64,000 bases of DNA from the NCBI GenBank assembly GCA_001784875.1, contig MFSH01000008.1, positions 1,555 to 65,554 of the forward strand, in the 5' to 3' direction. Source of the DNA: Candidatus Moranbacteria bacterium RIFOXYB1_FULL_43_19. Its GTDB lineage: Bacteria; Patescibacteriota; Minisyncoccia; Moranbacterales; UBA11712. The notes under the pieces are model-generated. The model was not told the origin of the DNA, searched no databases, and saw only the letters and a program-made list of their open reading frames with translations. Positions within the stretch are counted from its first letter, which is position 1. Each line of letters begins with the position of its first letter. The translations under genes and the position numbers were made by a program. Below, in pieces: positions 47,540 through 55,726 of this stretch.

Positions 47540-49522
47540 ATGTCGAAGTTCAAGATAAATTCAAAATTTCACCCCGACGGTGACCAACCGAAAGCAATTA
47601 AGCAGCTGACGGCTGGTCTTAAGGATGGCATGAAATTCCAAACCCTTCTTGGTGTGACGGGGTCAGGGAAGACTTTCACGATGGCGAATGTCATCGAAAA
47701 TGAGCAAAAACCAACTCTCGTGATCGCGCCGAACAAAACGCTTGCAGCCCAGCTCGCCCAGGAATTCCGGACTTTTTTTCCAAAAAACGCGGTGGAATAT
47801 TTCGTTTCCTACTATGACTACTACCAGCCGGAAGCATATATTGCGTCCTCGGATACCTACATTGAAAAAGAATCCCAGATAAACGACGAAATTGACCGAC
47901 TGCGGCACGCGGCGACGGTAGCGGTTATGTCGCGGCATGATGTGGTCATTGTCGCGTCAGTGTCGTGTATCTATGGTCTCGGATCACCCGAATTCTATGA
48001 AGAGATTTCTCTTAGCTTCAAAGTGGGGGAGGCAATTGATCGGGAAAAACTGATTCAGGATCTCACGGAAATGCACTTCCTTCGCAGTGAATATCTGTCT
48101 CGCGGGAGGTTTCGCTCTCATGGAGATACGATTGAAGTGATGGCTCCGTCGCGGGAAATTGTCACCAGAATAGAATTGAGAGATGGGAGAGTGAGAACTA
48201 TAAGCGAATATGATTTTCTCACCGGCGAGGCGCTGGGAAAATTGGAAAAAGTTTTAGTCTATCCTGCCAAGCATTTTGTCGTTCCGGAGCCGGTGATGGA
48301 AGAAGCGCTTCATGAGATAGAAAAAGAATTGAGAGACAGGGTGAATTATTTCAAGAAGAATAATAAATTATTGGAAGCGGAAAGGATATACCGGCGGACC
48401 AAGCAGGATCTGGAAATGATGCGGGAAATCGGATATTGCAACGGAATTGAAAATTATTCCCGTTATCTCACCGGCCGCGCTCCGGGAGAAGCGCCGTATA
48501 CGCTGGTGGACTATTTCGGCAAAAATTTTCTCATGGTGATAGACGAATCGCATGTGACCGTGCCCCAGCTCAACGGAATGTATAACGGCGACCACGCCCG
48601 CAAGAAATCTTTGATCGACAACGGTTTCCGTCTCCCGAGCGCCTATGACAACCGGCCGCTTAAATTCAGCGAGTTTGAGAAAAAAATAAATCAAGTGATT
48701 TTCACTTCGGCAACTCCGGGAGGATACGAAACACGTAACTCGCAACACGTAGCACATAACACAAGTGGAATTGTGGAACAGATTATCAGGCCTACTGGGT
48801 TAGTGGATCCTGAATTAGTAATTAAGCCAGCCAAAGGACAAGTGAAGGATATAATTGAAGAAATAAAGAATGTGGTGGCGAAGAAAGAGCGGGTGCTCGT
48901 GACGACGCTCACCAAAAAAATGGCCGAAGACCTCGCGGAATTTTTGAAAGAAAACGAAATAAAATCCGAATATTTGCATTCGGGAGTGGATACGATGGAG
49001 CGAGTGAGAATTCTCGAAAATTTGAGAAGGGGAAAATTTGACGTGCTTGTGGGAGTTAATCTTTTGCGAGAAGGTTTGGATCTCCCTGAAGTTTCGCTCG
49101 TCGCAATACTCGACGCGGACAAAGAAGGCTTTTTGCGCTCCGAAACTTCGCTCGTGCAAACAATCGGACGCGCGGCGAGGAACATTTCCGGGAGAGTTAT
49201 ACTTTATGCCGACAAAGTCACCGGCTCGATGAAGCGGGCGATCAATGAAACGAACCGTCGGCGCGCCACGCAGACAAAATACAACAAAAAACATCGTATC
49301 ACGCCGACAACCATCAAGAAAAAAATCGAATCTATCGTCGATCACGAGCTGAAGCCGGAAATTCCGCGGGAATTCGTGAAACTCGAATCGCTCGAGGATA
49401 TTGCCGGATATGTGAAACAAAAAGAAGCCGAAATGAAATCCGCCGCCCGAAATATGGAATTCGAAAAAGCGGCGGTGATTCGGGACGAAATCATCCAGCT
49501 CAGGAAATTGCAGATGGGGTAA
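47540..49522 (+). CDS. uvrB: Excinuclease ABC subunit B
   Basis: GDQPKAI, GVTGSGKT, YYDYYQPEAY, DESH, NLLREGLDLPEV, QTIGRAAR, C-terminal UVR domain. Confidence 0.97.
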   Translation: MSKFKINSKFHPDGDQPKAIKQLTAGLKDGMKFQTLLGVTGSGKTFTMANVIENEQKPTLVIAPNKTLAAQLAQEFRTFFPKNAVEYFVSYYDYYQPEAYIASSDTYIEKESQINDEIDRLRHAATVAVMSRHDVVIVASVSCIYGLGSPEFYEEISLSFKVGEAIDREKLIQDLTEMHFLRSEYLSRGRFRSHGDTIEVMAPSREIVTRIELRDGRVRTISEYDFLTGEALGKLEKVLVYPAKHFVVPEPVMEEALHEIEKELRDRVNYFKKNNKLLEAERIYRRTKQDLEMMREIGYCNGIENYSRYLTGRAPGEAPYTLVDYFGKNFLMVIDESHVTVPQLNGMYNGDHARKKSLIDNGFRLPSAYDNRPLKFSEFEKKINQVIFTSATPGGYETRNSQHVAHNTSGIVEQIIRPTGLVDPELVIKPAKGQVKDIIEEIKNVVAKKERVLVTTLTKKMAEDLAEFLKENEIKSEYLHSGVDTMERVRILENLRRGKFDVLVGVNLLREGLDLPEVSLVAILDADKEGFLRSETSLVQTIGRAARNISGRVILYADKVTGSMKRAINETNRRRATQTKYNKKHRITPTTIKKKIESIVDHELKPEIPREFVKLESLEDIAGYVKQKEAEMKSAARNMEFEKAAVIRDEIIQLRKLQMG

Positions 49523-49604
49523 AAAGCTATACGGCGTATTGACATATTGTTTGCTTATGCTAGCTTTAGGCAAAACAAATATCAGGGAAAAGGAGGGAAT
49601 TGGC

Positions 49605-49988
49605 ATGCCTGCAGAAGTGATAGAGTTCTTTGCATGTAAACGTGGAAAGGCGGCTGTCGGGGAATTCGAACAAAAATTAAAGGCTCTTCGCGGCAAACTC
49701 GTATTGGTCTTTTTTTATGCCATGTGGTGTGGGCCGTGCCGGAGAATGCTTCAGGAAGCAAAATACCTTCCTTATGTAATAGAAGAGGTCGACAGTCGGG
49801 TAGTTATTTGCAAAGTCGACGTCGACAAGGATAAGCTAAAAAACGCCGGGAATATTGCCATAGCCGGAGAATACAGTGTCCTTGCTATACCTACCACTGT
49901 GTTTATTAAGGACATGAGACATGTTCACGACATCACTGGTGCGGCAGAAGGCGGTGTCATTTTACACAATATCAAAAAATACCTGTAA
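49605..49988 (+). CDS. Thioredoxin family protein
   Basis: WCGPC, KVDVD, IPT; GGAGGG RBS; TTGACA at 49539. Confidence 0.88.
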   Translation: MPAEVIEFFACKRGKAAVGEFEQKLKALRGKLVLVFFYAMWCGPCRRMLQEAKYLPYVIEEVDSRVVICKVDVDKDKLKNAGNIAIAGEYSVLAIPTTVFIKDMRHVHDITGAAEGGVILHNIKKYL

Positions 49989-50091
49989 TACAGGTGGAAA
50001 TTAAACCCTTTACTCCCGCGGCTTGCTGCGGGACTTTTTTTATGCAATTTGAAATTGATTTATTAACTTAATAGTATTATATTAGTGAAAC

Positions 50092-50196
50092 CCCCGCACC
50101 AAATTTTTGCTGGTTTGTATATATGCCAATTTGGGGTAAGTTTTTGTATTTGCGAAATCAGAAACTTATTCTCGATGATATTTGGTACGGGGCAAG
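50092..50196. mobile_element. Miniature inverted-repeat element, tail CAAG
   Basis: CCCCGCACCAAAT ... ATTTGGTACGGGG-CAAG. Confidence 0.72.
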
Positions 50197-50245
50197 CCTT
50201 AAATGGGGGATTTTTGTGTTAGGGATATGAATTTAGCGCGGAGAA

Positions 50246-50289
50246 TCCTAAAGCTAAACTTTAGGAGCGCCTAAAGTTTAGCTTTAGGG
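50246..50289. repeat. Double-hairpin palindrome
   Basis: CCTAAAGCTAAACTTTAGG-AGCG-CCTAAAGTTTAGCTTTAGG. Confidence 0.85.
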
Positions 50290-50295
50290 GAAAAT

Positions 50296-50375
50296 ATGGA
50301 TAAAATAATCATTCGCGGAGCTCGCGAGCACCCCGAAGTATAACGCTTCGCGTTAACTACGGGGCAAGCAATTTG
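50296..50375 (+). pseudogene. Relic 5' end of uvrA interrupted by a 38-nt element
   Basis: Removing 50331-50368 gives MDKIIIRGAREHNL, a diverged duplicate of the UvrA N-terminus MNKIIIKGAREHNL. Confidence 0.85.
50331..50368. mobile_element. 38-nt hairpin element
   Basis: CCCCGAAGTATAACGCTTCGCGTTAACTACGGGG-CAAG; near-identical to 55393-55432. Confidence 0.8.
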
Positions 50376-50377
50376 AT

Positions 50378-53254
50378 ATGAATAAGATCATTATAAAAGG
50401 TGCTAGAGAACATAATCTCAAAAACATCGACCTTGAACTTCCGCGGGGGAAGTTTATCGTGTTCACGGGAATCAGCGGGTCGGGAAAAAGTACACTCGCA
50501 TTCGACACCATTTTTGCCGAAGGGCAAAGGCGGTATCTTGAAAGTTTGTCGAGTTATGCCCGGCAGTTTTTGGGACAAATGGAAAAACCGGATGTGGATT
50601 CAATCGAAGGTTTGAGCCCTGCGATTTCGATTGACCAGAAAGCCTCATCGCACAATCCGCGCTCGACAGTCGGGACAGTGACGGAAATCCAAGACTATCT
50701 GCGGCTTCTCTATGCCAAAATCGGACGGCCGCACTGCCCGGTATGTGGAAAAGAAATTTCGAAACTTTCAATTGATGAAATTGTGGATCGGATACTAACA
50801 TTCAATGCTCCGGGAACATTGAATGTTTTAGAAATTCTTTCACCGGTAGTCCGCGAGCGGAAAGGTGATTATGCCACGCTTCTTGCGGAGATGTGGAAAA
50901 GGGGATTCGCGGAGGCCTACGTGGATGGAAAAAAAGTGGTCCTCGAAGATGAAGCGAAAAAAGGAAAAATACTCGCCAGATACAAAAAACACAGCATTGA
51001 TATTTTGATTGATACGGTTGAAATCAGCGATAAAAATATTAGCCGGATATTTGAAAGTGTTGAGTCGGCGCTCAAGTTGTCTAAGGGATTGGTGAAAGTT
51101 ATTCCCGAAACGCATAACACGAAACACGACACGCGAGGGGAAGGGATTATTTTCAACCAAAATATGGCTTGTCCGGATCATGAGGACGTGGTTTTCCCAG
51201 AACTCGAGCCGAGGCTGTTCTCTTTCAATAGTCCGCAGGGGGCTTGTCCTGACTGCGAAGGATTGGGAACGAAAAAAGAAATTGATCCGAGCCTCATCAT
51301 TCCCGACAAAACCCGAACGATTGCCGAAGGGGCGATCATGCCCTGGAGCTACAAGCCGAACAACTACCAAGGCTCGATTTTGCGGGCGGTGACGAACTAT
51401 TATCATATTCCCGACAACGTCCGTTTCCGGGATTTGAGCGAAAAACAGCAAAATATTTTATTGTATGGGGATGAGGAACCAGAGGATATTGAAGTGCGGC
51501 TGAAGACAAAAACCGGAGCAGTTTGGCGCTTTGACGTCACCTGGAACGGAATTTTGGGCTTTATGCGCGACCGCTATTTCAAGACCGAATCGGAAGCGGT
51601 GCGGCAGGACATTGAAAAATATATGTCCCAAAGTCCGTGCAGCGCCTGCAAAGGTTCACGATACAAGCCGGAAGCGCTGTTAATAACAGTTGGAAGTCGT
51701 AATATTGCCCAAGTTTCAAAAATAAGCGTAAATGAAACGCTGAAATTTTTTGAGAGTTTGAAACTGAACGAGCGGGAAAAAATAATCGCGGGAAAAATCT
51801 TGAACGAAGTGAAAAGCCGCCTGAAATTTTTGGATGATGTCGGGTTGGGCTATTTGACCCTGGCCCGTTCAGCCAATACTCTGGCAGGCGGAGAAACACA
51901 GCGAATTCGTCTTGCTTCTCAAATCGGTTCGCAACTGGTCGGAGTCCTATACATTCTCGACGAACCGTCTGTTGGTCTTCATGCACGTGACAATGCGAAG
52001 CTTCTTGATACGCTGCTTAAGTTGAGAGACATTGGCAACACAGTGATTATTATCGAACATGACGAGGAAACTATCCGGAGTGCCGATCATCTGGTTGACA
52101 TCGGGCCGGGTGCGGGAAGGCTTGGCGGGGAGATTGTGGCTGAAGGAAAAATTAAAGATATCGAAACTGCTAAGAATTCTGTCACTGGCAAATACTTACG
52201 GGGAGAACTTGAAATTTCAATCCCAAAGGGTCGCCGGCCAGTGCGAAACAAAAAATGGCTGACCGTGAAAGGAGCGACAGAGCATAATCTCAAAAACGTG
52301 ACGGTTGAATTTCCTTTGAAAACTTTGACGTGCGTGACGGGCGTTTCGGGGTCGGGAAAATCAACACTCGTCGAAGACATTCTTGGAAAAGGACTTTCAG
52401 CAAAAATCATGCGTTCGCTGGAGCGGCCAGGCCGGCACAAGGAAATTCTCGGTACGCAGTATGTGGACAAAGTGATCCATATCAACCAGTCGCCGATCGG
52501 GAGGACGCCGCGATCGAACCCGGCGACATATGTGGGATTTTTCACACTGATTCGAGAACTTTTTGCGATGACAAAAGATGCGAAGCGGCATGGTTATGGT
52601 CCGGGAAGGTTTTCTTTCAACGTGAATGGGGGGCGTTGCGACAATTGCCGCGGGGAAGGATTTTTGAAAGTTGAAATGCAGTTTATGCCGGATGTATTTT
52701 TGCCGTGTGATGTCTGTCGCGGAAAAAGATACAACCGGGAAACGCTCGAAGTGAAATATAAAGGAAAAAATATCGCCGATATTCTCGCGATGACGGTTTC
52801 GGAAGGAAAAGTTTTTTTTGAAAATTATCCACGGATATATGCGCCGCTCAAAGTCCTCGAGGAGGTCGGGCTGGGATACATCAATCTTGGCCAGGCGGCG
52901 ACAACGCTCTCGGGCGGGGAAGCGCAGAGAATCAAACTGGCCTCGGAACTTTCGCGGCGGATGACCGGAAATACATTATACATTCTTGATGAGCCGACAA
53001 CAGGACTGCATTTCGACGACGTGAAAAAATTATTGAACGTTCTCCATCGCTTGGTGGAGGCGGGAAATACTGTTATTGTGGTTGAGCACAATATGGATGT
53101 TATCAAAACGGCCGATTGGATCATTGACCTTGGACCGGAAGGCGGGGACAATGGCGGACGCGTGGTGGTCACCGGCCCGCCGGAAGAAGTGGTGAAGTAT
53201 CATCAAGAAAGTTATACCGCAAAATTTCTTCGCGACGTAATTCGTAAATCGTAA
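50378..53254 (+). CDS. uvrA: Excinuclease ABC subunit A
   Basis: GAREHNLK, two GxSGSGKS Walker A motifs, LAGGE/LSGGE signatures, zinc fingers. Confidence 0.98.
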   Translation: MNKIIIKGAREHNLKNIDLELPRGKFIVFTGISGSGKSTLAFDTIFAEGQRRYLESLSSYARQFLGQMEKPDVDSIEGLSPAISIDQKASSHNPRSTVGTVTEIQDYLRLLYAKIGRPHCPVCGKEISKLSIDEIVDRILTFNAPGTLNVLEILSPVVRERKGDYATLLAEMWKRGFAEAYVDGKKVVLEDEAKKGKILARYKKHSIDILIDTVEISDKNISRIFESVESALKLSKGLVKVIPETHNTKHDTRGEGIIFNQNMACPDHEDVVFPELEPRLFSFNSPQGACPDCEGLGTKKEIDPSLIIPDKTRTIAEGAIMPWSYKPNNYQGSILRAVTNYYHIPDNVRFRDLSEKQQNILLYGDEEPEDIEVRLKTKTGAVWRFDVTWNGILGFMRDRYFKTESEAVRQDIEKYMSQSPCSACKGSRYKPEALLITVGSRNIAQVSKISVNETLKFFESLKLNEREKIIAGKILNEVKSRLKFLDDVGLGYLTLARSANTLAGGETQRIRLASQIGSQLVGVLYILDEPSVGLHARDNAKLLDTLLKLRDIGNTVIIIEHDEETIRSADHLVDIGPGAGRLGGEIVAEGKIKDIETAKNSVTGKYLRGELEISIPKGRRPVRNKKWLTVKGATEHNLKNVTVEFPLKTLTCVTGVSGSGKSTLVEDILGKGLSAKIMRSLERPGRHKEILGTQYVDKVIHINQSPIGRTPRSNPATYVGFFTLIRELFAMTKDAKRHGYGPGRFSFNVNGGRCDNCRGEGFLKVEMQFMPDVFLPCDVCRGKRYNRETLEVKYKGKNIADILAMTVSEGKVFFENYPRIYAPLKVLEEVGLGYINLGQAATTLSGGEAQRIKLASELSRRMTGNTLYILDEPTTGLHFDDVKKLLNVLHRLVEAGNTVIVVEHNMDVIKTADWIIDLGPEGGDNGGRVVVTGPPEEVVKYHQESYTAKFLRDVIRKS

Positions 53255-53274
53255 TTTGTAATTGGGATAATTTT

Positions 53275-53322
53275 CACTACAACTAGTTGTAGTGAGTTTT
53301 ACTACTATATATAGTAGTAAAA
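53275..53322. repeat. Two adjacent perfect palindromes
   Basis: CACTACAACTAGTTGTAGTG and TTTTACTACTATATATAGTAGTAAAA. Confidence 0.85.
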
Positions 53323-53401
53323 TAATTTTACAAAAGAAAAAGGACCAGTTTTCTAGGCTGGCCCTCAGCACCTCAGATTATTAATATCAGGAGAATTTAA
53401 G

Positions 53402-53644
53402 TTAAGATCTCGTGATAACACGGACTCGCTGGTCCATGGTGTTCTGCATGTCCGTACTGGTTCCCACAGAAATGATTTTTTCCGCGCAGGCCTGATTCTC
53501 AAGGTAATTCAAGAACTCAGACAAGACGAGATCATCCGTGGCGCCAGTGAAAGCTCGATCCAGTGCGCGCCTTCCATCTTGAGTAACCAGGGCTTCGTAC
53601 TCGCTGCCTTTGAATTTAATCCGTACCTCGTAAACCATTATCAT
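53402..53644 (-). CDS. Small hypothetical protein (80 aa)
   Basis: AAGGAGG RBS; 11 nt after the upstream ORF. Confidence 0.65.
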   Translation of the reverse strand: MIMVYEVRIKFKGSEYEALVTQDGRRALDRAFTGATDDLVLSEFLNYLENQACAEKIISVGTSTDMQNTMDQRVRVITRS

Positions 53645-53655
53645 GGCCGGCCTCC

Positions 53656-53976
53656 TTAGCTGATTGGCTCGATCGGGGTCACTGGCGTCGATTGGTGAAG
53701 TTCGTAATAATTGTCGCCAGGTCCTAAGATTGGGATGATATCCCGCCCCGGATTTTCCATCGGTCGCACGACGACAAATTTTACGCCGCCGTTATTTGGC
53801 CAGCCCAGTTCGAAGAGTCGCCAGGGTTCCATTTCGCCGAGAGGGATTAAGGGTAATTTTTTATACATCTCTCCCAGAGGAGGGGGAACGTCCAGACGCT
53901 TGCCTATAAGATACAAACCTGACAACACCAGTGCAACGAAGCACAAAGCGATTCCAATGATATCCACTTTTTCCAT
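53656..53976 (-). CDS. Small membrane-anchored hypothetical protein
   Basis: AAGGAGG RBS; N-terminal TM helix. Confidence 0.65.
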   Translation of the reverse strand: MEKVDIIGIALCFVALVLSGLYLIGKRLDVPPPLGEMYKKLPLIPLGEMEPWRLFELGWPNNGGVKFVVVRPMENPGRDIIPILGPGDNYYELHQSTPVTPIEPIS

Positions 53977-54043
53977 TCCTCCTTGGAGTTAAAGATCTTG
54001 TTGCTTTTTGGTTTTCGTATAAACATATAGCATTAAGATTTGT

Positions 54044-55342
54044 ATGTCAATGCAAACCATAAAATCTAAAATCTCCAATCTCCCCAAATCTCCCGGTGTA
54101 TACGAATTTCGCGATAAGCAAGGGAAAATTCTTTATATTGGGAAAGCAACGAGTCTTAAGAGCAGGGTGGGGAGCTATTTCGGAAATTTTTCCAAGACTA
54201 AGTCTTGGAAAACCACAAAACTTAGTCTTGAGAGAGGGCCACGGATTGTTGAAATGGTCTCGCGAGCTACAGAAGTAAAAATCCATGAAACCGATTCGGT
54301 TCTCGAAGCCTTGATTTTGGAATCGAATCTCATCAAAAAGTACCAGCCGAAATATAATGTGATGGCGAAAGATGACAAGAGTTTTGGCTATTTTGTGATC
54401 ACCAAAGAAAAATTTCCGCGAGTGGTGATTTTCTGGAAAACGGAGCTGGGGAAAGTGCCGGCAAAAAAAATATACGGGCCGTATCTATCAAAATATCAAA
54501 TGAATATTGCTCTGAAACTGATTCGCCGAATTTTTCCGTTTCATTCCAACAAGCAGCAAACCGAAAAAGGGTGCCTTGATTTCCAAATCGGCCGGTGTCC
54601 CGGACCGTACGTGGGAGCTATTACGAAAAAAGATTATCTCAAAAATATCCGCAATATCGAGATGATACTCCGAGGCGAAAAAAAGCGGCTCGTCAGCTCG
54701 CTTAAAAAAGAAATGAAAAATTGCGCGAAGAACCACGAATTCGAAAAGGCCGCCGAAGCCCGCAACCGAATTTTCGCGCTCGAACATATCAGGGATGTTG
54801 CATTGATAAACCAAGACTTAGTCTTGGAAAATTCCAAGACTAAGTCTTGGGGAAGGATCGAGGCCTATGATATTTCCAATATCGGCGGTGATTATGCGGT
54901 TGGTTCGATGGTCGTTTTCACGAACAGCAAAGCGGATAAAAACGAATATCGTAAATTCAAAATCAAAACAGTCATTGGTGTTGACGATGTTGGTATGATG
55001 AAAGAAGTTTTAGCTCGGCGTTTTAGGAATAATTGGCCGAAACCGGACCTGATTCTCCTCGACGGGGGGAAGGGCCATCTCAATATGGCCCAGAAAATAA
55101 TGGAGGAATTGAAACTCGAAATCCCGATCATTGCTGCTGCCAAAGGGCCGACACGAAAAAAAATCGATATCTACCAGTCAAAATACCTCTTGACATATCT
55201 TGGTCGAAATGAGGAAATAAGGGAGAGGTATAACAGTATATTGAGTGATGCGAAGCTAATCGAGAGAATTCGCAACGAAGCCCATCGCTTTGCGATCAGT
55301 TATCACAAGAAATTACGACAGAAAAATTGGAAAAGTAGATAA
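54044..55342 (+). CDS. uvrC: Excinuclease ABC subunit C (short form, no HhH tail)
   Basis: GIY-YIG (PGVY...LYIGKA..LKSRV.SYF), UVR domain, RIEAYDISN, LLDGGKGH, RNEAHRFAI.YH. Confidence 0.92.
   Translation: MSMQTIKSKISNLPKSPGVYEFRDKQGKILYIGKATSLKSRVGSYFGNFSKTKSWKTTKLSLERGPRIVEMVSRATEVKIHETDSVLEALILESNLIKKYQPKYNVMAKDDKSFGYFVITKEKFPRVVIFWKTELGKVPAKKIYGPYLSKYQMNIALKLIRRIFPFHSNKQQTEKGCLDFQIGRCPGPYVGAITKKDYLKNIRNIEMILRGEKKRLVSSLKKEMKNCAKNHEFEKAAEARNRIFALEHIRDVALINQDLVLENSKTKSWGRIEAYDISNIGGDYAVGSMVVFTNSKADKNEYRKFKIKTVIGVDDVGMMKEVLARRFRNNWPKPDLILLDGGKGHLNMAQKIMEELKLEIPIIAAAKGPTRKKIDIYQSKYLLTYLGRNEEIRERYNSILSDAKLIERIRNEAHRFAISYHKKLRQKNWKSR
54811..54850. repeat. Double-hairpin palindrome in frame in uvrC
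   Basis: CCAAGACTTAGTCTTGG-AAAATT-CCAAGACTAAGTCTTGG; same unit at 54188-54212 and 14529-14575. Confidence 0.85.
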
Positions 55343-55380
55343 GCATATCTAGTACAGTAATACAGTATACTATACCGAAT

Positions 55381-55441
55381 GTCCTTGTCGTCCCCCGAAG
55401 TATAAATGCTTCGCATTTAACTACGGGGCAGGCAATGGATA
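55381..55441 (+). pseudogene. Relic tRNA 5' fragment interrupted by a 40-nt element
   Basis: Removing 55393-55432 gives GTCCTTG-TC-GTCC-AATGGATA (acceptor 5' strand, D-stem, D-loop). Confidence 0.7.
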
Positions 55442-55442
55442 T

Positions 55443-55661
55443 GTCCTTGTAGCTCAACTGGATACCTGCCCGCTTCGAGTCGCGAAGCGAGTCGGGCGGG
55501 GAGTGTTGGTTTCCGGCCGCCTGCTTGCGCTTTTGCCCTTGTCGTTCAATGGATAGGACGCAAGTTTCCGGAACTTGAAATATAGGTTCGATTCCTATCA
55601 AGGGCGCAAAAAAAAACGGGCAGGGAACCAAAGATCGCAGGTTCGAGTCCTGCCAAGGACG
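55443..55661 (+). tRNA. Outer tRNA-Arg(CCG) in three pieces (55443-55464, 55501-55516, 55626-55661)
   Basis: Joined pieces fold into a full cloverleaf: GTCCTTG/CAAGGAC, GCTC/GAGT, TTGGT/ACCAA with loop TTCCGGA, GCAGG-TTCGAGT-CCTGC. Function unknown. Confidence 0.8.
55535..55606 (+). tRNA. Inner, intact tRNA-Arg(CCG)
   Basis: GCCCTTG/CAAGGGC, GTTC/GGAC, CAAGT-TTCCGGA-ACTTG, ATAGG-TTCGATT-CCTAT; CCA not encoded. Confidence 0.93.
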
Positions 55662-55726
55662 CAATTTTTAGGTTCGATTTTTACCCGCCAAAGTGAGAGT
55701 GTCGGCGTGCCTGTCGAGGGCACAGA

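Noticed and set aside
47400-54044. LexA/SOS boxes upstream of uvrB, uvrA and uvrC
   Set aside because: No shared operator-like palindrome found by eye; the palindromes present belong to the repeat families.
55517-55625. Group I intron in the anticodon loop
   Set aside because: Only 109 nt, mostly a tRNA cloverleaf; no room for a catalytic core.
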